Shown here: positions 12,532 to 24,779 of the stretch, piece by piece
How positions within the stretch are numbered: position 1 is the first letter of the stretch
Layout: the number at the start of each line of letters is the position of its first letter
Assembly (NCBI GenBank): GCA_051453625.1
Contig: JBOZIK010000001.1
Span: 18,977,651 to 19,019,265 of the forward strand
Length of the DNA: 41,615 bases
Direction: 5' to 3'
Origin: Welwitschia mirabilis
Taxonomy: Eukaryota
Position numbers and translations under genes: made by a program
The notes under the pieces: generated by a model
What the model was told of the DNA's origin: nothing
The model's input: the letters and a program-made list of their open reading frames with translations, nothing else
The model's database searches: none

Positions 12532-13708
12532 TGTGTTTACATGTAAATATTGATATTTAAAGAAAGCATATTTGATTAATTTAGCTTAGATGAAGACATT
12601 AAAATGGTCATTTTATTATAAAATTATATCTTTTATCCTTTTTAGCGTGAATTATGAAATTAACTTTCCCATAATAATTTCAAGTTAATTTATGTCTTCT
12701 AAAATACATGTTCCAAAATGAAAGAAATCTAGTAGAAAATGCCAACACTACCATCTAGGTTACCGACATCATTGGTCTTTTAATGCAGAGTTGATTCAAA
12801 GCTACATTATGACATCTTTATGGGAAGAGCATCATATTCAACTTGCAGGCTTAGCCAAAAATTAAATAAAAAACAATCATCAACTTTAATGACACATGGC
12901 AAAGCTACAAAGTGACCATGGCAGCAACATGTGGCAGTGATGAGTACAAAGATATAAAAGGCACATGGTGATAGCATCTAGTGGTAGCTGCATCATCATC
13001 TGAAGGACATGTCAACACCACTTTTCATAAAAAGACAAATATTTCTCCTTAAAGCTACATGATGAAATTTGTAACCTCCCTAATGTAACTGTCCAAAGTG
13101 TAATCCTCCTAATCTAACCACCATCAACCACTATAAGTCAAAGATTCCTAAGTCTTCCCTCATGTGTAAAAGGGCCTTAAGCCCTCATTGTAAAAGATAA
13201 ATGTGGTCGGAAGTCCTAGAGTGTCAGAACATCATGGCTTTCCAAGCACCTCCCTTAGGAGCAAACTTCTTCCAAAACTAGTTCAAGGAGTTCGTTTTAG
13301 CTTCATCTTCCTTTTTTGATATAATGTATTCCTGATTTAAATGCAAAAATAAGTTGTTCATTCTTTGATTTCTAGTGCATGTTAAGATGGTACTTTTAAT
13401 CTTTATGTAAGACTACTTCTTGTCTTAGTACAAAAGCAATTGTTTATTTTTCGATTTCTAGTGCACGTTAACACAATACTTTTAATTCTTAGGTGAGACT
13501 ACATTATCAAGTTCAATTAACTATTGGTTATAGTCATTGTTATGTTATAAATCTTAAGCATAGTTGTCCTTACTTTCTATGTTTATGAAAGGCTATGAAA
13601 GACTATGTAACTATTGAACTCACCAGCACTCATGTGGTGAATGAGATTATGTTACCACACCTGAGCCATCACAACTTGATGATTTGAGTTTGTGTTTCAC
13701 CGATTACA
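12532..13708 (+). repeat. Putative 3' LTR of the Athila element
   Basis: Preceded by decayed Athila pre-LTR/PPT motif ttactaagagactagtaaaagtctagttaggttg (12497-12531). Begins TG. Contains an ~85-bp duplication (13368-13417 / 13453-13502). Plausible end ...CGATTACA. Confidence 0.55.
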
Positions 13709-15421
13709 AAATATCGTTGGAGCAAAGATGGATTGTTAGACAAGCCGAACTAGACCTTTGGAGCATGTTTGTTTCTCTACATCACCAATCGAAATTCACA
13801 AAAAATTCTTAAACTCTTAATTTTACATTTGCTTCATTTTTATTGTACGACTGTTAATGTTATGTTACTTTTGTTAAGTTTACCTCAAGGATCCCTATGA
13901 AAGAATGTCCCAGAATGTTTACCTAGTTTTTATTGACATTCGCAGCTACTCCAAAAAAATAGCACTATTCAAGTGTGAACAGGTATCCAAATTAGAGGTT
14001 GAGGGCTCTATTTTCAATTGTGATATTTCCATGGGAGATGGTTCTCCATGAAAAGTTGGTCTTCCTTAGCGCAACGGTTGTCACAAACCTTGCATGGAAG
14101 AAAGTCCAAGGTCTTAGAAGCAGGAATTTTTTGAGACCTGTTGAGTTGACTAGGTGAATATTTTGTTTAAAATAGAGAAGATGAAGCGTAAGAGCCTGTT
14201 GTTCCATTGAAAAGGGTGATAAAAGAAGACCACATGCATATGTGGGGTAATGTGGTCGGACTGGTCAAAGAGGCAGACGGCATGGGGGAAGGTGGGAGCA
14301 TGGGCAACGAGACTGTCTCATTGCCTTGGATTGCAACACAGAGGGACTTATTGTCCTGCGCACTGCAGGCATTGTACAGAGCGGTAGGTCAGAGCCTCAG
14401 CGACTCTGATGACATTCGCGGGTGATCTATCAGTTTTGTCCTTCAACGGCAGTGCAGTACGCAAACGTTGCTTGCCCGGTGAGAACAGTGTGTCTAATTG
14501 ATTGCAGTCATTCCAAGGGCTGGCAATGTGCTACCATGAATAACGTTTTCGAAAATAAAATTGTCTGCAAGCTGTGGCATCTTGACCGTGTAACGGCGAT
14601 AATGGCGCAACATTCGCACGTTGGGTGGGTGATTGCGCAGCCAGAGCCTTTGTTACAAAAGAAAGATATATCTGGTGAAGTAGATACAGAAACACTGCTG
14701 CCCAATCGTGTGCCAAAGGCATTGGAAAAATAGATCCCAATGTGGCAGCATGCTTACTGTTTTTTTTTTTTTTGTGAGCTCAAAGACAGTGATGGGTTGT
14801 GGAGGTGCTGCACTCTATTACGTTGCCATCTGTGAAGAAAAAGGCATGCCAAGTGCAGCGACGCATGAGATGGGCGTTGAGAAGCCCGAGTTTGAAGAAA
14901 TACAGCCGGTGTGGGATGCGCTTGATGCAGAACAGCCTGCGTTTGAAGAAGAGGAGAGTATATTTGATAAGCAACCGGCCATTTTTGATGAAGAAGAGGG
15001 TGCCATGCCGTTAGTGAGGACGGACGGTGACAACGGCTTCTAGGACAAGGATGATGGCCCTTTGCAAATTACTTGATCTGGACCATTTCAATTTCTTTGT
15101 CTTTTTAAAACACTTTATCTTTGTTGCCCTTTTATGAAGTTGAACACCATCTTAAAGCCATAAAAATCACCCTTGTGTGCTCTAAAATGTAGTCATTCAT
15201 GCCCACCATTACTATGCCCATTACGTGTATTACATGATAACAATTTCGTATTAAGAACCCCAAAATTTTGGAGGCGCTGGTGGTCTTCTATAGTGTCATC
15301 CAATATGGCTTATTCCATAAATGATATTGTCTAGTGACAAAACATTCTTGGTACCTTTAACAAGTTCTTTTTTAAAATGTGATTAAATGAACTAAAAGTA
15401 ACATGATAAACCTTAGAATGT
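13709..15421 (+). other. Unidentified GC-richer, CpG-retaining island with interrupted plus-strand ORFs (14207-14425, 14422-14733, 14708-15043)
   Basis: About 35 CpG by hand count in 14221-15060, versus near absence in the flanking TEs. Acidic C-terminal ORF segment (EKPEFEEIQPVWDALDAEQPAFEEEESIFDKQPAIFDEEEG). No TE motif recognised. Confidence 0.6.
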
Positions 15422-15755
15422 TGTAAGGAAATGGATCAAACGCAAAAGAGAAAATTAAAGAACACAGAACATGCAAGATTTACGTGGTTAGGCAAAATTG
15501 CGCTCCATCCATAGCCGCACTAGTGTTTTTATATTAATCTTTGAAGGTTACAACCTTTGAAGGTTACAACCTTTGATGGTTACAATACAAGATATTTTTC
15601 AACATAAGATATATATTGCAAAAGTAGGGCAACACAGGTCTATGGCCCAAATGGCCCAGAAAAAGCTTTAGAGGCTTCACCTCCACACCCCACTCCGACT
15701 CATCTGCGTCGTGCGTTAAAAGGCTAGACTAGATTAGTCGCCACACACTCCAACA
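15422..15755 (-). repeat. 3' LTR of Tork-like element (334 bp, 3 copies of a 16-bp unit)
   Basis: TGTAAGG...CCAACA. Adjacent atctccctctt is the reverse complement of PPT AAGAGGGAGAT. Aligns with 19737-20119. Confidence 0.9.
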
Positions 15756-15856
15756 ATCTCCCTCTTGGAGATTGATCTAGGTGTACCAACAAAACTCATG
15801 TAACCTTTCTCTTTTTCCACGAACTCCAACAACTCTAGTGTGGTGCCTCCTCATCA

Positions 15857-18800
15857 CTAACCATGAAGGCCAGCTAAGGTCACGCATAGCCTCAACTTAT
15901 CAGTGGTGACCACTTTGGTCAACATATCTGCAGGATTCTTTGATTGAAGAATTTTCTTCAGCGATAATGTTCCATCATCTATCAGACCATGGATATGATG
16001 GTATCTTAACTAAATATGCTTAGATTTGGAATGAAAAACTAGATCTCTAGTAAGATGAACAGCACTCTGACTATCACTGAATAGCTTTCTATTGTCCTGT
16101 ATCTTTCCCACCTCCTTTAGAAGATCCTTCAACCAAATAATCTCCTTTCCAGCTTTTGATATAGCCATATATTCTGCTTCAGTGGTTGAGAGAGTAACAC
16201 TCTTTTGAAGTTGAAACATCCAACTCATAGAGGTACCTCCCATAGTGAAAATGTAACTTGTAGTACTCTTCCTACTATCTAAATCACCACTAGATCTGCA
16301 TTAGAAACCCTTATAGAGTAACATTGCTCCTTTTAAAACAAAGTGCGATACCTAAGGTACCTTTCAGATATCTTAACAGCCACTTTACAGCTTCCCAATG
16401 CTCCTTACCTAGATCAGATATAAACCTGCTAACAATTCCCACTGCATGTGCTATATCTGGCTTGGTACAGACCATAGCATACATTAAACTCCCTACTACT
16501 AATGCATATGGTACTCTGAATATCTGTTCATGCTCTTCATCTATTTTTAGAGATTACTTTTTATTGAGATTAAAGTGACTTCCTAAAGGAGTGATTCTTC
16601 TCTTTGTAACCTGAATGCTGAAGCTATTAAGCACCTTCTTTATGTACTTTTCTTAAGATAACCTGAGGATTTCTTGTGATCTGTTTTTACTGATTCTCAT
16701 TCCAAGTATCTACTTGGTCAGTCTTAAGTCCTTCATCTCAAATTTTTATGCCAACTATTACTTCAATCTGTCTATCTCCTACAAACTAGATCCTGCAACT
16801 AACATGTCATAAACATATAAAAGTAGAATAATATAATAGTCACCAAGCCTCCTTGTGTAACAACAATGATTCCTCTTGCATCTTGTGAAACCAGCATCAC
16901 ATATGAATCTGTCAAACTTCTTGTACCACTGTCTGAGAGCTTGCTTTAATTTATATAAACTTTTCTTTAATCTACACATAAGGTTTTCTCTACTAGCAAC
17001 TTGGAAAACTTTTGATTGTATCATGTAGATGTCTTCCTCAATTTCACCACACAAAAAACGGTTTTCACATCTAGCTGCTTTAGATGCAAATCCTCTGTAG
17101 CTATAATACTTGGCACTAATCTGATGGTAGTCAACTTTACTATGGGAGAAAAAATCTCTGTGTAATCAATTCCCCCTTTCTACTGGAATCCCTTCATTAC
17201 TAGCCTTTCCTTGTATCTCTTGCTATCATCATGCTCTTCCTTGATCCTATACACCCACTTAATACTTTCTTTCCTTCTGGCAACTTAGTAATTGTCCATG
17301 TCTTATTCTTCCTGAGTGACTTCATCTCATTTCTTATGACCAACTCCCACTTAATAAAATATATCGCCTGCATTGCTTCATTAAGACATTATGGTTCCTC
17401 AACATTAGTCAAGAGTAAATAATGTAATAAGGGAGAGTACCTTAATTTGGGCTTAGGTGTTCTTACATACCTTCTCAACTAAGGTTCTGGTGTAACTAAT
17501 TCTGACTCAACTTCTTTATTTTCGAGATTCTCTTAAGTCCTTTCAGCTACACCACTCTTTGAGATTTATTCTAGTTCAACCTTCTCACTTTCTACTTCCT
17601 ATTTTCCTACATTGTTAGATTCTAGTCCATACCTATCTTTGTACACCACATTCTCATTAAATGTAACATCCCTATGCCTTAAAATTTTCTCATTCTGATC
17701 ATCCCAAAAGCGTTAACCAAAATCATCAAAACCATAACCAATAAAATAGCACTTTTTAGCCTTATAATCAAGTTTATATTAGATATCAGAACCTAAATAC
17801 ACAAATGAAACACAACCAAAAACATTTAGGTGTGAGAAATTTACCTCTTTACTTGACCATTTATCCTTAAGTATCTTAAAATTTAGTGGAATTGGAGGTC
17901 CTCTATTTATGAAATAGGTTATTATGCTAACTGCATTCGCCTAAAACATTTTTGGTAGTCTAGAACATATTCTCATGCTTCTAGATCATTCGTTCAAGGT
18001 CTCATTTATCCTCTTTACTACATCATTTTGTTTTGGTGTTTTAGGAACTATCTTAATTATTCTATTTCCATTCTCAGAACAAAAATCCTCAAACTTTAAG
18101 TTATCATACTCCCCTCCATTATCTGACCTCAAACATTTAACTTTCAAATCTGTTTGGTTTTCCACTTTTACCTTTCATCTTTTAAATACAAAAAGTACAT
18201 TAGATTTATTTTTAGGAAAATAAACCCATATCTTCTAAGTGGAGTCCTCAATGAATGTGACATAATAATGTGAGCCTTCAAGGGAAGTCATTAGGACTGG
18301 TTCCCATACATTTGTATGCACTAGTTCCAACTTCTTAGTCTTTGATGTTCTTCTAGCTTTTAAGAATCTCACTCTTTTCTGCTTTCCATATATACAATCT
18401 TCATACAAACCAACATCAACTAACTATAAGTCTAGTATTTTCCCCTTTCAAGTGAGCAACTTCATTTCCTTTTCACTTATGTAGCCTAACCTTCAATGCC
18501 ACAATGTTGACTTCAAATCAAAATTAACCATTGAGACTAAATCCTTTGCTTCTATAGTCATGTACAAAGTTCCAATCTTATTTCTTCAAGCTACTACTAG
18601 ATTTCCTTTAATGATCTTCCATGATCTGCTATCAAATATTGTATTGTATCCTTCAGCATCAATCTAATCCATGAAAATAAAGTTCTTCTTCAACTTTAAT
18701 TTCTTTCTGTGGGTGGTTTTTATGTATACATCATCCTTTCCCATAGTGTTCAAAGATTTATCATCTACAAGATATACCTTTCTAAACATACCAGCAACAT

Positions 18801-19692
18801 AGTTATGAAATAACTCTTTGCAAGGAATAGAGTGAAATGATGCATCTGAATCAAGAATCCATAACTCAATACCACTATCTACGTAACAAATTAAAGCATC
18901 TACAATTTCATCGGTAGATACATTCGCTAAATCATCCTAGTGATCCTATTTATTCTTCTTTAGTTATTTGCACTAATTTCTGAAGTGGTCTTTTTTATCA
19001 TAATTTCAGTAAGCTATTTTCATGTGATGCTTAAACTCACTTCTCGTTTTAGATTTTGGCCTTCTNNNNNNNNNNCTCTACCTCTCCCTTTACTACTCAC
19101 GATAGAACTCAAAAATTCACCTAACTTTCTTCTACAAATATCCTTATTGAGAATCAAGTCACAAACTTCTAATAGCTTTTAACATCTAATCTCTTAACAA
19201 ATGGCTCACTGCAATCATAGTCACAAACCAAATTTTAGGTAATGGTGATACTAATATCAATGCTCTAATTTCATCCTCAAATGTAATCTTCATTAAACTC
19301 AACTAATTTATGATCTCGTTGAATTTATTGATGTGCTTTATAACTAACGCACCTTTAGACATCCTCAAATTAAATAATCGATACATCAAATATACTTTGT
19401 TTGGGGCTGAAGGCTTCTCATACATATTTGATAAGGTATTCATCAAACCCTAAGTAGTCTTCTCATTAATGATGTTAAATGCAATGTTCCACGATAACAT
19501 CAATCAGATCACCCCAAGTGCCTGGCAATCTAACAAAATCTAATCTTCCTTCTTCATATTTTCTGGTTTCTTCTCTGATAGTGGTTTGTGCAACTTCTGC
19601 TGATACAGATAGTCCTCAATGTGCATCTTCTAGAGACTGAGGTCTACCCCATCAAACTTGTCAATCTTGACTTTCCCATATTCTGACATCAT
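15857..19692 (-). pseudogene. gag-pol: Copia Gag-Pol polyprotein with many premature stops and frameshifts
   Basis: MSEYGKVKIDKFDG..KMHIEDYLYQQKLH; protease WILDSDASFHS; integrase LELVHTNVW and LRSDNGGEY; RT LKKSLYKLKQALRQW and LLLYVYDMLV (YVDD mutated); RNase H STTEAEY, DSQSAVHL, NPADMLTK. Confidence 0.95.
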
Positions 19693-19736
19693 TGCTCCCA
19701 CTCATCCTCTGCGAGCTTGATCACTCTAATACCAGT

Positions 19737-20119
19737 TATTAGGAAATGAATCAAATGTAAAAGAGAAAATCAAAGAACATAGAACACATAAGATTTACGT
19801 GGTTTGGCAAAATTGCAATTCATCCATGTCTGCCCTAGCATTTTTATATTAATCTTTGACGGTTACAACCTTTGAAGGTTATAATCTTTGAAGGTTACAA
19901 CCTTTAAAGGTTATAACCTTTGAAGGTTATAATCTTTAAAGGTTACAATAAAAGATATTTTTTAACATAAGATATATATTAAAAAATTAGGGCGACACAG
20001 GTCTGTGGCCTAAATGGCCCACTAAAAACTTTAGGAGCTCTGCCTCCATACTCCACTCTGACTCATCTACATAGTGCATTAAAAGATTAGACTGGATTAG
20101 TCGTTATGTACACCAAGCA
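19737..20119 (-). repeat. 5' LTR of Tork-like element (~383 bp, 6 copies of a 16-bp unit)
   Basis: Aligns with 15422-15755. Adjacent actctaatacca is a decayed reverse complement of TGGTATCAGAGC. Confidence 0.9.
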
Positions 20120-21560
20120 CAACCATGTTTCAGCCATTACTATAGAAAAGCACTTCACATTTTATTAAACTTGGAACTTGTACACCTTGTTGTCATTCAT
20201 TTGAAAGATTATAATTTCTTAACTTCTATCTCCTTTATAGATATTACAAAAGTTATCTTCATACTCAACTTTATTAACATTCTTACAAAGTTATCCCACA
20301 CTAAGTAGATTTTTAGTCAAATCAAATACATAATAGTTGTCAAAAATCCCTCACTTGAAGTCAATTTTGATAGTAAAGCTAAAGAATTCAATCCCTATGA
20401 TTATTATTTTTTTCCTATTATCAAAGGTGATACCACCCTTATACCTCTATATACTAGAGAACAAGTTTTAATTTCTTATTATGTGATTACTACAACCACT
20501 ATTAAGATATCATATTTGAGTGTTTCTAATGACTCATACTTTCACAAAGACTAGAACCTTCTTCTTTGAGAAGAAGAACATTACTTGTTCTCATTGGATA
20601 AAATAAGAAGCTTTATCATTTGTCTCTTTCTTCTTCTTGTGGCATTTAGAGTTAATGTGCTTAAGTTTCTTATAGTAGTTGCACTGCTTATTCCCATGTA
20701 AACTATGGACTTTAGTTTTTTCCTTTTTTTCCCTCCTTGATTATTGGATATTCCTTTAGGTTGACCCTTTTCTTTATAGGATCTAATTGATGATGTTATG
20801 ACTTTAGGCTTCATAAATGTTCATAATTGAGTATGTAAAGTTTGAGGAGTCTCTACTTGAAGAAACCCTAATGATAGAGTAGTGCTTCCTTTACTTTGTA
20901 GTTGTGGTTAGATTCTTGTAAAACTATTTTAACAAATTAAAAAAAAAAAGGTTTGAGTAGTTATGTTTTCACAATTAATAATATTTTTCTCATAGGTCTT
21001 AAAACTATTAATGAGCTTAAAAAGTCAAATTTGATATGTCTCAATCTCTTGTAGTCATCAGAATGATCAGATCATATTGTCTAACAAGGATTAAAACCTT
21101 ATCAACTACTTAAAACTCATTAATGCTTACTTAAGGCCTAGTTGTTTATGTTGAATCTACGAGGTGATACTTGTTAAAGATGATCATTATAAGATATGTA
21201 ATTTAAGAAGTAAATGTTTACAAAAGCTAATATTTTTTCAATGCCAACTAGTTTTTTTAGCCTTAGGATTAGTTTGTTTTTCTTGATAGTGCTTAGATTT
21301 TGAATGTTGAATATGCCACTAGTTGAAATTAAAGCAAAATGCTATGTTCAACTTCATTATTGAGAGGCCAAAAAATTAGTAATTCAAACCTAATTTAATG
21401 CTAATGAGTCTTTGGTTTTTTCAATCTGATTAATGCATGTTAGCACTTCTTCCTCATTTGCACAAAAATAGAATTTGTCTTTAACTTTCTTTTGTCTTTC
21501 TTAATATTATGAGTTTGGTGGTGGATCGTGTGTTTTGGATTTTGAAGTTTTTAGCCTTTA
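20120..21560 (-). pseudogene. Copia (Ivana-like) Gag-protease relic
   Basis: Minus strand: UBN2-like segment ending ..KTYE (~20990), knuckle QCNYYKKLKHINSKC (~20640-20690), protease *YLNSGCSNHI (~20480-20512), TWL at the start of the pre-integrase region next to the Tork LTR. Confidence 0.7.
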
Positions 21561-21649
21561 TTGAACATGGAAAATATGCTAAAGCCCTTAGATTTTCTTA
21601 TAGATGCTTGATTATATATCTAGAGATATTGTAGCTTTGAACTACCCTA

Positions 21650-23570
21650 ACCACTCATAGATTGAAGGCTTTCATGTATGAGGGAAAAATCATCAAGCTT
21701 GTTACCAAATAAATGTAGATAATTTGAGATCCTATGGGATATTCTAATGAATTTTTTAATGTTTTCTAATTCTTTATTTTTAAGAGATTCAAATTCTCTC
21801 CTAAGTAATTAAAGCTTAAAAACATGTACTTTTGTACATCCTTTATGTGTAACTTCTAGCATATTCTAAGCATTCTTGAAATATGAATTATTCATGATCT
21901 TTAAAAATATATTATCAACTCCTAATTGAACAAAGAACAATGTTATTAGATCTTATTTTATTAAGGCTTAAATTTCCTACTTGTGTCTATTTTTTAGTGT
22001 AAAATAAGATTGAACATCTATCATGTGACCAAATGCCATAGGTTTGCATTATCATTAATTCCTTCATTATAGCATTTTAGTATTCAAATTCTTCTCCATT
22101 AAATACTAGAATGATAAGGTCTAAGATGCTAAAAGAGCTAGTCTTTCCTTGATTCATAATATTGGAGATGTTATTAAATGACTTTATCAAATATTTTAAA
22201 ACAAAATTAAAGCACTAGATCCTAAAAAGTATTTGACAATAAAAAAAAAGTAAATATTCAAACTATGAACTAAGTCCTATTGATTCAATTAATTTCAAAA
22301 TGACCTATGGAATAGATTTAAATACATGAATAAATGCTAAAGATAGCATAAGATAAATAAGAAAGGGGAAAAATAATTAAGACAAAATTTATAAATAGTC
22401 TTATGTGGTTATAACTTGTTAGAATTAACCAAGAATAGAGGAAATAAAATAAACCATACAAAATAATCCAAATTGTATTACAAAAAATGATAAATAGTCT
22501 AATTTAGCTATAAGAATAAATGATCTACTACTTCAGTATATTACTATTGCATGAAGGATTTATTAATGGCTTTCCAATTTAAATAATCCCTATTAAATGA
22601 AAATTTATTTATGCGATTAAAAATGGTAGATGTTCTTAATATAACTACTTTCTATAAGAATGATATTTTATTAACAATCCTAAATATTACACATGTAGAA
22701 GAATTTTAGAATAGCTAAGTGTAAATTTTAAGATATATAATATAAATCTTGCATATTACTATCTTAGAATGAAGATAAGAAAGGAAAAATTTCATAAAAT
22801 TTGTCTCATTTAACAATAGTACATATAAAAAATCTATGTCCCAATTACCCCCTTACAAATACAACACTACATAATGCTCTATATAATCTTGGAATTGATC
22901 TATTTAGGATTAATCAACCAGAAGAAAATTTCACAAAGTACCAAAAACTAGTTAGCTAGCTATGATATCTATCTAATATAAGATGTAATGGCCAATAATC
23001 TATCAAGATAATCTCACTATTCTTATGTAAATCATAAATCTATCATATAAAGTTGATAATCCAAGTTTTATAATATCTTAATANNNNNNNNNNAGATGAT
23101 AAACTAAATAAGTTAATTCATAGATCTCATATTTGATATGTGGCATTGTTAGGAATGTCATTAATATCATGGAAAAGCAAAAGACAAGAACATGTATCTA
23201 ATTCATTAATGAAGCCTAGGATCTTAAATGAATTCATCATGTATGTCATTTTACCAAAGAACTTTTTAAATGATTTACACATTATGTTTTCTCTTTCAAT
23301 AATGATATATGATACTAATCAATATACAATTTATATTATAAGCAATTCCATGAATAGCAAGTGAACTAAATATATAAATACAATGTTACATATCATAAGG
23401 AAAAGATGTGGAGAATGATATGGTAAACATATGATATATGCCTAAAAGATAAAATGCCATAGATGGATTTTTAAAAAAAAAAAAATTATTTCTATTCTAA
23501 ATTTTCAAAAAATAATAAGAAGCTAAATTTGTATAGCTAATATAAATCATAATGTAAGACTAAGAGGATT
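21650..23570 (+). pseudogene. Very decayed copia pol relic (INT-RT-RNase H)
   Basis: RNase H LISWKSKRQEHVS (23161-) and downstream decayed DNQ..I..N / TKHI-like motifs. RT-start-like segment at ~22410. Confidence 0.6.
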
Positions 23571-24779
23571 CACTAGAATTTTATACTATCTAGAGTATGT
23601 TAATAATTACTATCTCATGTATCATTATTATAATAAAATAATTGAAAAATGATGTCACTATATAAGACACATTGAAAATTATATATGTTTATATTTACTT
23701 AATATATCCTAGAGAATACATATATACATATATTAAAATAATGTTATAAAACTAAATTCATTATATCATTAACTAAATAATTAATCAACAAAATATGAAG
23801 ATATATAGCCTTTAATTCATAACCTCTCATAATAATATAAAGAAGAGTTATGAATTATCATTTTTTTATGTGTGTATGTGTGTTTTAAAAAAAAAAATTT
23901 CAAGGAAAATCTTGTAAAATAATCTTAAAGATCTTCATAAAAGGCTAAATAGAACATGGAATATTAAAGTCACTCCTTGTTCATAAAAATAAAGAATAAC
24001 AAGTATTTTAAAATATCTAACATTTCCAAATATTTATATTTTTTTGGTAGTATTTAATTTATTAGGGCTTGTACTTTAATACTTGTGTATAACATGTAAG
24101 ATTTTCTTCTTCAAAACGCCCTTTCTATGATGTTAAAGATTCTTTAAACATGTTTTCTTTTTTTTAACAATTGCTTAGAATTCATCAAATTGGAATTCTA
24201 TCTTTTCTAGTAATTTTAAATCAATCAATATGCATTTCTTTTTTTTAAACATACCCTCAAACCTTGTAATTTTCTTTTCTCATCTAAGTCTATCTTTAAA
24301 ATCTATTCTTATACAACATTGAAAAGCTTCATTATAGAGTTATATTTTTAGCATCTTGAGCATAACTTTTAAATTCCTATGGTAGATCAATATTAACTCT
24401 TATGAAATGTAGTTTTTCAACTTCAAGTTAAAGCTAAAAACATTCCTATAGATGGGGAGAAATTGACATTGGTGGATGTACTCATTAATTTACTTACCTA
24501 TGCTTCGATTTTATTCTTATACTATCATCAAGATAGTGCATACTATGAACTTAAACTTTTTGGTATTAGCAAAAAAAGAAGGTGGATCTTAATATAATAT
24601 TCAAACAATATAAGAAAGATATCATGACACATTTTTATATAGATAACATTTTTTATATAGTTCTACTTAATGAAAATATACTTAAAAATATTTTATAGTC
24701 ATAATGTTTGATTAAGTGAATTCATAATAGAATCCTTAAAAATTAGCTATTATGCATAGATAATTCTTTGAGTTTTGAG

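Larger units (their letters stand above)
15422..20119 (-). mobile_element. Full-length decayed Ty1/copia element, Tork/Tnt1-like
   Basis: Two homologous LTRs, PBS relic (19723-19734), PPT (15756-15766) and gag-PR-INT-RT-RH order on the minus strand. Confidence 0.95.

Noticed and set aside
14730-14850. Faint resemblance of MWQHAYCF..KT..C..AALYYVAI to the W.YAR..D..F..L..K motif of plant rhabdovirus nucleocapsids
   Set aside because: Needs a frameshift and lacks the key residues; not supportable without a profile search.
13992-15033. Minus-strand ORFs in the CpG island
   Set aside because: Short and overlapping, and one is the Ser-rich antisense shadow of the acidic plus-strand frame; expected in GC-richer DNA.
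19852-19947. CRISPR-like or heat-shock-element array
   Set aside because: Units are contiguous with no spacers inside a eukaryotic LTR; GAAnnTTA is not a proper nGAAnnTTCn heat-shock element.
15417-20125. Target-site duplication of the Tork-like element
   Set aside because: Left flank aatgt does not match right flank caacc, and the right LTR end is mutated.
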